From Spirochaetia bacterium (GTDB taxonomy: Bacteria > Spirochaetota > Spirochaetia > DSM-16054 > Sediminispirochaetaceae), in NCBI GenBank assembly GCA_034520965.1, contig JAXHMY010000002.1:512001-576000 (forward strand): a stretch of 64,000 bases of DNA, in the 5' to 3' direction. The first letter of the stretch is position 1, and the number at the start of each line of letters is the position of its first letter. The position numbers were made by a program, and so were the translations under genes. Below, piece after piece: positions 27,463 through 35,455 of the stretch. The notes beneath the pieces are model-generated. The model had not been told where the DNA came from. It saw nothing but the letters and a program-made list of their open reading frames with translations, and searched no databases.

Positions 27463-28041
27463 ATGGGCACTGCAAAAACTATAACACTTTTTATCCTGTT
27501 TGTCACAACCCTCAGTTTGTTTCCCCTTGCTGCAGATGCGTTTTCTTTTTCCTTCGGAATTGCCCCCCAGGTCGCTGTGAAAAAAACAACCGATGTCACT
27601 ACCAAAGCACAAGCCGGCATAAGCACCGGCACAAGCCTTTCAGTCGGCGTGTACGGGAACTATTTTTTTGAGCTGCGGGGCCGTTACCTTTATTATCGAG
27701 CTTCCAGCCCCGGGGAAGATTGGATTCTCTACCGCGCCTTTTCTGCATTGGGGGCATCGATTGGAGGAGGTGTTATTCTCCCCGACTACAAAATTTTCAG
27801 TGAGTTTTCCGTTACTCCATCAGTAACTCTTCGCGGGTACGGTAATTTTGCATCTTACAGTTATACGGAAATTTACTTTTTTTATCCTTCCCTGCAGATA
27901 GAACCGGGCTTTACCTTTGCCCGTTATTACAACGACCAACTGCAGCTTAAACTCAGTATTCCGGTTGAATGGAGTTTTCAGCGCGACCTGGATCTGTTTG
28001 TTTCAGGGGGCATTTCGTTCACTACTTCACTTTATTTTTAA
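27463..28041 (+). CDS. Hypothetical exported protein, probable outer-membrane beta-barrel
   Basis: Signal peptide (..LFPLAA), alternating aromatic/glycine strands, C-terminal Phe. Confidence 0.55.
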   Translation: MGTAKTITLFILFVTTLSLFPLAADAFSFSFGIAPQVAVKKTTDVTTKAQAGISTGTSLSVGVYGNYFFELRGRYLYYRASSPGEDWILYRAFSALGASIGGGVILPDYKIFSEFSVTPSVTLRGYGNFASYSYTEIYFFYPSLQIEPGFTFARYYNDQLQLKLSIPVEWSFQRDLDLFVSGGISFTTSLYF

Positions 28042-28066
28042 CACTCTATTATGTAGTATGTGAGTA

Positions 28067-28927
28067 ATGGTAGCACTTATATCCTTTTTTGTCATTTTAC
28101 TAGTCTCGCTTGCGATTGTGCGGGTTGCTGAAGTTATGCTTGAGCTAACCGGTATCTCCAAGGACAGCGCCCGGTTTCAAGCCCGCTCCGCCTTTACCGG
28201 AACCGGATTTACCACCCACGAAGCAGAGATGCTCATAAATCATCCGGTACGGCGGTGGATTGTATCCAGCCTGATGATTGTTGGAAATATCGGCTTTGTA
28301 ACTTTTGTCTCTTCCCTGGTCATCTCTTTTGTGAGCATCAGAAACCAGGAACGGGCGTTATATACCTTCGTAATTTTAATCGGAGGTCTGCTGCTGATTT
28401 ACTTGATCAGCAGGTCCCGTTTAGTGAACCGCTTACTTGAAAAGATAATTGAACATTTTCTAAAGAAGGTCACAAAAATTCATACCCACGATTATGAAAG
28501 CTTACTCAACCTTGTCGGAGACTTTGAGGTCATCACCATAAAAATCAAACCGGAAAGCTGGTTAGCCGATCAATACCTTTCGGAACTAAAATTATCCGAA
28601 GAAGGGGTGCTGGTGCTTGGAGTCCGTCGAAGTGACGGCTATTTTATTGGTTCACCCAGAGGAGAGACCACTGTATATATGGAGGACGAGCTGATTATGT
28701 ACGGACGCGAGGATGCCCTAAAAAATCTAAGCGAACGACGACACGGACCTGAGGGGGACTTGCAGCATAAACTGAGCATAGAACAACAATTGCGTCTCGA
28801 GGGAAAACGCCCCAAGCATCCCCGGAAAAAGACTGTCAAAGGATCTGCTAGGCCTGGAACTGCGGCCGAAATTCCCCAAAAAGTAGCCGGCAGGCTTGGC
28901 AAAATTTTTAAGAAAAAGGGACACTAG
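28067..28927 (+). CDS. Membrane protein with TrkA-C (RCK-C) domain
   Basis: LELTGIS..SARFQARSAFTGTGFTT.EAE...HPVRR; C-terminal SWLAD..LSELKL..EGVLVLGVRR.DG. Confidence 0.85.
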   Translation: MVALISFFVILLVSLAIVRVAEVMLELTGISKDSARFQARSAFTGTGFTTHEAEMLINHPVRRWIVSSLMIVGNIGFVTFVSSLVISFVSIRNQERALYTFVILIGGLLLIYLISRSRLVNRLLEKIIEHFLKKVTKIHTHDYESLLNLVGDFEVITIKIKPESWLADQYLSELKLSEEGVLVLGVRRSDGYFIGSPRGETTVYMEDELIMYGREDALKNLSERRHGPEGDLQHKLSIEQQLRLEGKRPKHPRKKTVKGSARPGTAAEIPQKVAGRLGKIFKKKGH

Positions 28928-29066
28928 CTTTAAAAACAAATTTTCAAGACAGCCGGAAGAGGCCTGAGCCGGCTTCATTCATTTACAGGCATGAACAATT
29001 GTTTTTTACATGCTGCTGCGGTATATTAACACTATGCTAATCAAATTCCCTCTGCCTAAGACCTTT

Positions 29067-30041
29067 ATGCTGCGACGCCTCACATATTCCGCTCTGCTAC
29101 TAAGCACCGTTATACTTATCCTTGCCGCCACAGCCTGCAAGCTAAACCCCACCCCCCCAGACCGCTACGCGCTGGTGTATGGGGTAGGAACATACGAACA
29201 GGTGGGTTTTGGTAATTTGGGATCAACAATCGATGATGCAGAGAGTGTTGCCCAAGTCTTAGAAAACAAAGGGTATACCGTACATCTAAGGTTGGATGAT
29301 GGAGCAGACAGCGACAATAAAGCAGCAACAATTGAACAGTTTAAATTGGATATACAAAACATTGCTTCGGGGCTCGGCAAAAACGACGTTCTTATTATCT
29401 ATTTCTCCGGTCATGGAGGCCAGGGGGGTAATTACTTGCCTTATTCCGGTGATGAGGATCAATTCTCCGAACCCGAAGATGAGTTCATCGTGTTTTATCC
29501 TACTAGCGGTGATGCATATTCAGATTATATTTTTTCTGATACCGACTTTTACTCAGAGCTAAAAAAACTACCTGCAAAGAAGAAAGTAGTATTGTTGGAC
29601 TCGTGTAATTCCGGGGGATTTATAGGACAGGAGTACAGTTTTGACAGACTGTCGCCAGAATATGTAGATACCGATGAGTACCGAGATAATATAATCAGCT
29701 CCACTCTCAACGCCTTTTTCAATCCGAAAACCGGAGATATTCCACCTACAGACGCAATTGTCATTACAGCCGCCGGAGAAACTGAAGTATCCTGGGAAGC
29801 CTTTGGACATGGTTTTCTCACACACGGTTTTTTAAATGCTGTAAAATATGGTGATTATGATAACAATGATTACATAGACACTGGAGAACTCTACCGATAT
29901 ACCAAGTACTTTATAGAAAAACAGTGGAATAATCTTTGGTCTGATCCAGAAATTTATTCAGAAGATTTCAGATATGAACGCCAATTCATGCCCCACATCT
30001 CTGGGGGGCCGGTGGATTACATTCTTTTTAAGGCCGATTAA
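29067..30041 (+). CDS. Caspase-like (peptidase C14) lipoprotein
   Basis: Lipobox LAATAC; YALVYGV..Y, DDA, YFSGHG (His), LLDSCNSGGF (Cys), HGFLT..FL. Confidence 0.85.
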   Translation: MLRRLTYSALLLSTVILILAATACKLNPTPPDRYALVYGVGTYEQVGFGNLGSTIDDAESVAQVLENKGYTVHLRLDDGADSDNKAATIEQFKLDIQNIASGLGKNDVLIIYFSGHGGQGGNYLPYSGDEDQFSEPEDEFIVFYPTSGDAYSDYIFSDTDFYSELKKLPAKKKVVLLDSCNSGGFIGQEYSFDRLSPEYVDTDEYRDNIISSTLNAFFNPKTGDIPPTDAIVITAAGETEVSWEAFGHGFLTHGFLNAVKYGDYDNNDYIDTGELYRYTKYFIEKQWNNLWSDPEIYSEDFRYERQFMPHISGGPVDYILFKAD

Positions 30042-30193
30042 CACCTGCATAGTGCACACGTAGGATAAAAGCCTCACCGAGAGATCACCGAGAACAGATT
30101 GTCTTACTTCTAGTCCATTTCCCATAAATCGCCTTCAAGGCTATTATCGCAAAATAGAATAAATAATTCAAAGAGCTTTTTGGGAACACAGCA

Positions 30194-30326
30194 ATTCGCA
30201 ATTTGAAAATTTTTCTAAAATTTTCAAATTGCGAATGCTTACATTTTGTTTAAGATAAGTAGTTTATCTTAAAGATGTTGTGGATATTCTCATTTTGGAA
30301 GTCATAAGACTTCCAAAATGAGAATA
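30194..30326. repeat. Three tandem perfect inverted repeats (20-, 10- and 19-bp arms)
   Basis: 30194-30213/30217-30236; 30249-30258/30264-30273; 30285-30303/30308-30326, each checked base by base. Confidence 0.9.
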
Positions 30327-30530
30327 CCTGTTGGGAACAGGGTTTTTGCGTATGGTTAAGTTTATTGATGATGACTGATGATGACACCTTATTCAGTGGC
30401 TTCATGCAATATGCCGGTTTTGTAGAAAACGCCGGAAAAATAGTAGAGTCGTATGGGCTGATATTTGGGGAGCTTTACCTTGTGGGCAGGATCGATGCTT
30501 TTATAAAGGGTATCTCAGGGTGTTCATAGG

Positions 30531-31072
30531 TCAATCGATCTCTGACAAACACGCAGAAGAATTCTTGAGTCCGTTGAAGATAGTTTCGGCGAGCTCTTCC
30601 GGAAAGTCCCCGGGCAGCTGCGCGGAAACGGTATCAATTACCCCACTCGTGTTCTCTGCGAGTTCTCTTATTATCTCTCTCGCCGCATTGGTATCCAGGC
30701 CGGAAAGCTCGGCGGTGCGTATCCAATGGCGTACACAGATAGGCCGACAGCACGTCATAGGCAGGAGTCAAAGTAAAGCGGCCTTCAGGCTCTATAAAGA
30801 TGCTGAAGTTTTTCGCATGTCCATCGATAGCGGTCAACATCCAGAACAAAATTTGCATCTTGAAAAACTCTATTTGATCATTGAGCGCAGTCCTGGAACC
30901 GAGCAGCAACCTTCTGCATCTGTAAGCGGTTCTCCATTAATTGTTTTCACAGATGAGGGAGAAACATCCGTGGGTAAGAGCTGTACGGCACCTACACAAT
31001 CCCTGCCAATTTCTTCAAGCAGTTCAAAGGCCCGGGTACTGGAAGACGTTTTTCCTTTACTCTACGACCCAT
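30531..31072 (-). pseudogene. hipA: HipA toxin remnant with several internal deletions
   Basis: Pieces in different frames: MGRRVKEKRL / AFELLEEIGRDCVGAVQLLP / FWMLTAIDGHAKNFSI..LTPAYDVLS / RHW..TA. About 540 bp in total, far shorter than a full HipA gene. Confidence 0.82.
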
Positions 31073-31076
31073 ACTG

Positions 31077-31331
31077 CTACCACTCTGTTTTCTCTGCCGC
31101 CTCTTGGGGTAACTCTTTCGGCAGCAAACGCATCTCCAGATCGAGTGCAGAGAGGCATTTGAAAAGAGTCTCTATACTGCTGCTCTTGGCTCTGTTTTCC
31201 AGCGCTGATAGGGTCTTTGGCAGCAGACCGACCAGTTTGGCAACTTCCTGCTGGGTAAGTTCAAGACTTCCACGCCGAGCCCGCAGTATTTTTGAGAGTT
31301 GCTCGGGAGTATTTGCAAAGTATTCCATCAT
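31077..31331 (-). CDS. hipB: HipB-like XRE antitoxin
   Basis: TPEQLSKILRARR..LELTQQEVAKLVGL..KTLSALEN...SIETLFK.LSALDLE; directly upstream of the hipA remnant. Confidence 0.8.
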   Translation of the reverse strand: MMEYFANTPEQLSKILRARRGSLELTQQEVAKLVGLLPKTLSALENRAKSSSIETLFKCLSALDLEMRLLPKELPQEAAEKTEW

Positions 31332-31332
31332 T

Positions 31333-31377
31333 TATCCCCCATAAGGTATAAGTTGTAAATATCCCCTGGAGGGTAAA
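31333..31377. promoter_or_regulatory. Two HipB-type operator-like sites
   Basis: TATCC-N8-GTATA (31333-31350) and TATCC-N8-GTAAA (31360-31377) resemble TATCC-N8-GGATA. Confidence 0.55.
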
Positions 31378-31571
31378 TTTTTTTATTTAAAAGATTCACA
31401 TCCTGTAGACGGCCGGCGCCGCCCGGGCGGCTCGCTCCGCTCCCCGCCCGCCCTTGGGCTATAGCCAGTAGCCGGCCGGAGTTCCTTTGGGTCGGCGTGT
31501 AAAAAAAATTGGCTATTCTTGAAGCCGAGCCGCCTCTCACCCTGTCTATATAGATGAAACCATAGTATACT

Positions 31572-32108
31572 ATGAGTATGAACATGAAAGATCTGGCTGA
31601 AATCCTGGAAGAAGAACTCTCCGAAGCAGTTGAAGTAAAAAACCCAAAATCTCTGCACCGCTACATATCGCTGCTGACCGGCAATTACGTTGAACAGAAC
31701 ATTCACGAGCGCCAGTACAACGAGCTGAGCAGCAGCAACAAAGAGATGCTGGCCTCGATCAAGGAGGGATTCCGCCGCATGGACGAGCGGTTTGCTGCTC
31801 AGGACAAACGATTCGAGGCCCAGCAGAAACAGATGGACGAACGGTTCACTGCTCTGCAGAAACAAATGGATGAACGTTTCACCGCCCAAGAGACACATTT
31901 CATCTCGCTGCAAAAACAGATAGACGTCCGTTTTGAAGCCACCCAAAAGCAGATGCACGAACAGTTCACCGCCCTACAGAAGCAAATGGACGAACGCTTT
32001 ACCTCGCAGGAACGCCAAATTGACCGCCAGTACAAACTCATCAGCCTTGGCTTTACCGCCATGGTCCTGGTCATCGCCGCCTTTAATCTGACGATTATCC
32101 TGAGCTGA
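31572..32108 (+). CDS. Coiled-coil repeat protein with C-terminal membrane anchor
   Basis: Imperfect 11-aa repeats (QKQMDERFTAL) mixed with 7-aa units; hydrophobic C-terminus LISLGFTAMVLVIAAFNLTIILS. Confidence 0.8.
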   Translation: MSMNMKDLAEILEEELSEAVEVKNPKSLHRYISLLTGNYVEQNIHERQYNELSSSNKEMLASIKEGFRRMDERFAAQDKRFEAQQKQMDERFTALQKQMDERFTAQETHFISLQKQIDVRFEATQKQMHEQFTALQKQMDERFTSQERQIDRQYKLISLGFTAMVLVIAAFNLTIILS

Positions 32109-32477
32109 GGACGAAACAGATATTGGGCTTACCTCTCCGGCGGGCCAGGGAATTGCCGGTCTACACATAGCCGAGGCCGTCGTCTAAAGAGATATAATCG
32201 AATCTTTGTAAATCCAAAGGGGGGATAAACTGCCACATCCTACTACTCCTTCTTCAAAGCCGCCTTTGCAGACTCTCAGTCGGCCGCGGACCTCAGCCGC
32301 CGGCTCGACGGGGAGGCGGCCCGGAAACTTGTCGAATCGATGTACAGGGAAGGTCCGGCTCCGCTTTATTTGAGAGAGTTTTACCAAAAGTGCTACTTTT
32401 TAAAAAAATCGGGCGTCTATCGTAATATATCTGATAATAGTCATTTGCCAATCGCTTATTATCTGATATTATAACTT

Positions 32478-33695
32478 ATGGTACAGAGAAATGTCTGGAA
32501 AAGGTGCATCAACTGGCTTGAACGGAAGGAAATTCTGCTGATTATCGGCGCCAGGCAGGCGGGGAAGTCCACTTTGATGCGAGAAATGGTATCCCACGTA
32601 AAGAAATTCACCCCTCATGTACATTTTTTTTCCTTGGAAAATCCGCTCATCCTTTCAGCCTTTGACGAGAACCCCGAAAACCTTTTTAACTACATTCCAC
32701 GGAACGGTACAAATAGATATGTATTTCTTGATGAGATACAGTATCTGAAGGACCCAACAAGATTTCTGAAGTATCTGTATGACGAATATACTCCGACCCT
32801 GAAGCTTGTGGTGAGCGGTTCTTCGGCTTTTTATATCGACAAAAAATTTCGGGACTCATTAGCGGGGCGCAAGCGCATTGTGGAACTCCGGCCTTTTTCT
32901 TTTTCAGAATTTCTGGTGGGCAGGAAGCAGGAAGCCCTTGCGGAGCGGGTGCGAGAAGAATCTACTTCCCCGGACACTGGAAAAAAAAGCTATCTCGTCC
33001 CGGAAAAGGAAAAGCTGCAGCATCTTTTGAATGAATACATTCTGTACGGCGGCTACCCCGCGGTGGTCACCGAGGAGGACCCCGAAGAGAAGCTATTCAC
33101 TCTGAAGGACCTGCATGAGAGTTTTCTGCGCAAGGATATTCACGAAGCCGGTGTTCTTGAAGAATATAAATTTTTTCTTCTCCTGAAAATAATCGCTTCC
33201 GGGACGGGGGCTCTCTTGAATGCCAATGAACTGGCAAACACCGTCGGTCTCTCAGGGGATACGGTGAGGGAATATATCCATATAATGAGAAAATCCTTTA
33301 TCATTGCCCTGGTGACGCCTTTTCACCGCAATCTCAGAAAAGAACTGACCAAAATGCCGAAGGCCTACCTGCTGGACAGCGGCCTCAGGAACATTATTCT
33401 CAATGACTTCAGAGCTCCCTTTGAGAAACCCGATCGGGGCTGCCTCCTGGAAAATCTGGTTTTCATTGCTCTCAAGCAGGCAGGTGTTGAGAAAATCAAC
33501 TACTGGCGGACCCAGGATAAAAAAGAGGTGGATTTCATCGTCGATGGCAGCAGGGCTTTCGAAGTAAAATGGCGGAGCGAAGCCTTCAATCCTGGGAAAT
33601 ACCGCCGCTTCACGGAACACTACCCCGACATTCCCCTGAACCCAGTCTGTTGGCAGGACGACAACTCGCCGGACCTTCTTGATTTTTTGAGTTGA
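32478..33695 (+). CDS. AAA+ ATPase (AAA_14 plus DUF4143-type C-terminal domain)
   Basis: GARQAGKST, FLDEIQY, SGSS, SLAGR, YGGYP, KMPK.YLLDSGL, LENLV, YWRT..KKEVDF, EVK. Confidence 0.9.
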   Translation: MVQRNVWKRCINWLERKEILLIIGARQAGKSTLMREMVSHVKKFTPHVHFFSLENPLILSAFDENPENLFNYIPRNGTNRYVFLDEIQYLKDPTRFLKYLYDEYTPTLKLVVSGSSAFYIDKKFRDSLAGRKRIVELRPFSFSEFLVGRKQEALAERVREESTSPDTGKKSYLVPEKEKLQHLLNEYILYGGYPAVVTEEDPEEKLFTLKDLHESFLRKDIHEAGVLEEYKFFLLLKIIASGTGALLNANELANTVGLSGDTVREYIHIMRKSFIIALVTPFHRNLRKELTKMPKAYLLDSGLRNIILNDFRAPFEKPDRGCLLENLVFIALKQAGVEKINYWRTQDKKEVDFIVDGSRAFEVKWRSEAFNPGKYRRFTEHYPDIPLNPVCWQDDNSPDLLDFLS

Positions 33696-33889
33696 AACCC
33701 CAAATAAAATTAGATGGTTTTATTTGGGGAATAATGAGAGAACAAACAACGTAGAGGTTTAACTGAGTTTTGAAACCGAGGGGTAGAATGGATAGAGGAA
33801 TACGAAGAAGCGAAGGAGAATCCTCGAGCTATTCTGAAGGCCCTCTTTTTGGTAGGAGGAATCACTTGAGAACATGGAGGGAGAGCCTC

Positions 33890-33975
33890 GATGTAACAAT
33901 GCACCAACATCATGAGCCTGGCGACAAAGCTTTTCTCGACTACACCGGTACGAGGTTCCCCTACTGGGATCGTAA
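33890..33975 (+). mobile_element. Short IS21-family (IstA) transposase fragment
   Basis: TMHQHHEPGDKAFLDYTG resembles the IstA MxQxHxPGEKxxVDYAG motif. Confidence 0.55.
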
Positions 33976-34198
33976 AAGATCCACGATCAATTCCAGATGG
34001 CTGTATGAGAGGCGATATACGAGTTTTCCGGTGGGATTTGCAATTGCTTACGTTGATGCCTGTCAGCCGCTTTGCCAGTTCTGAAAGGAGCTTATCACCT
34101 TAATCCGCCCGTCCGTCCTGAGCGGCCATGTTCTCGTCTACCTGGTGAATAGCAGTGACCAGGGTACTGAAGTTGAAGCCTTCCTGGTTATTCGCCAT
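33975..34198 (-). pseudogene. YhcG/DUF1016 N-terminal remnant
   Basis: Manual translation: MANNQEGFNFSTLVTAIHQVDE.. / GRAD*GDKLLSELAKRL / LVYRLSYSHLELI; SD GGAG before the ATG. Confidence 0.6.
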
Positions 34199-34297
34199 AG
34201 CCCATCTCCAAATATCTTTTAATGGTGGCAGATAAATGGGGAATAGAAAAAATCGGATTGTGAGAGGTAAGACTTTTTGCCCATTGAGCTTTCCCCT

Positions 34298-35003
34298 TCA
34301 TTTCTCCTCTCCAAGTTTCTTCAGCATATCCAACGCGCCTGTTGTAAATTTTGAAAAGGCAAACCACTTCTTACCAAGGTCCTTCAGAGACTCTTTGGCT
34401 TTACGAATCAGGTCACAGGCAAAAGTGTAGGCATCGTATACCTGGCCTTCGTAAAAAATACCCTGTTTGGGCGGTTCTCCCGCTTCCAATGCCCGAAACA
34501 CTTTTTCAAAGTTTTTTTCCGTCTTCGATTCAAAGGTAATTTGTCGACGTTCAACAGAATCCAGCCGGGCAAATACATTGGCGTTGTTCTGGATAAATTT
34601 ACGCATTTCCACAAAGCACGCATGTCTTCACATGTATCTCTGCAGCTTCGAACTTGAACACGCTGCTTCGACCTCGCAACACCATGCTCGGTGAGAGCAT
34701 AAGGACGAGGCCACCAAGGTGTTTTCGTGAGAAGTATCGCATTTTGCGATTACCATGCAGTCGAACCTCCGCTTCAGTCAGTTGAAACATGAAATCTTCA
34801 GGGAAACGCTCGATGTTGCGACCGAGTTGCTCACGTAATCGAATCGGCTTAACCTCGTAAAGCGCCGCAATAACTTTATCTAACATGACCTGCTGGCCAC
34901 GAATCAGAAATATTTTGGTTCTAATAGCATCCGTTTCCAGAGGAATGAATTGTTTTGTGTCGCTGCTCACGTTGAGCCTGCCACAAAGTGTTTCCTGGCT
35001 CAC
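34298..35003 (-). pseudogene. ORF6N-domain protein, frameshifted and apparently internally deleted
   Basis: IRGQQVMLD...LYEV...RNIERFPEDFMFQLT; C-term GIFYEGQVYDAY.F..DLIRKAKE joined directly to SLKDLGKKWFAFSK. Confidence 0.8.
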
Positions 35004-35148
35004 TATATGCCTCCTTTGGCTTTAGTAGTTCCTACTAGTCGTTTATCTGCTTACTCATGAGTATCACCGGCGGTTTGAGGTCACAATTTGTGACCAGTTC
35101 ATCTTTATATGCACTACAGGCACAATAATGTCTGTTGCTTTTGACTCT

Positions 35149-35355
35149 TTATTTCCCATACCCCAGGACCTCTAAATTCCTTTTAATAGTGGCTTCGAGC
35201 CGGTCGGCTTCGGCGAACTGTTCGTAGAGCGTGGCTGAAAGTTCGGACATCTTCTCCTCAAAAGGAACCCCGGTACATCCTGATACTCACCGGCATCCTT
35301 CTCTCCACGCCAGGCATGATAGGTAGCGGCGACATAGCCGATCTTGAGGAGGAAC
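35149..35355 (-). pseudogene. hsdM: Type I restriction-modification HsdM C-terminal remnant
   Basis: [21 protein letters not shown] and, in another frame, [26 protein letters not shown]. Confidence 0.7.
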
Positions 35356-35455
35356 TCACGAGCCAGCAGCGGCCCCTCGCCGAAGAAGCTGAGCCGCTTC
35401 AATTCAGAGAAGAAACCTTTATCCACTACCAACGGATAAGAATAAAGGCGGGAGC

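Noticed and set aside
31770..32030. 33-bp repeats as CRISPR or a DGR template/variable pair
   Set aside because: They are in-frame coding repeats of a coiled coil; no reverse transcriptase or adenine-specific variation seen.
35079..35095. TCACA/TGTGA palindrome as a CRP site
   Set aside because: Half-sites are in the opposite order with 3-bp spacing, not TGTGA-N6-TCACA.
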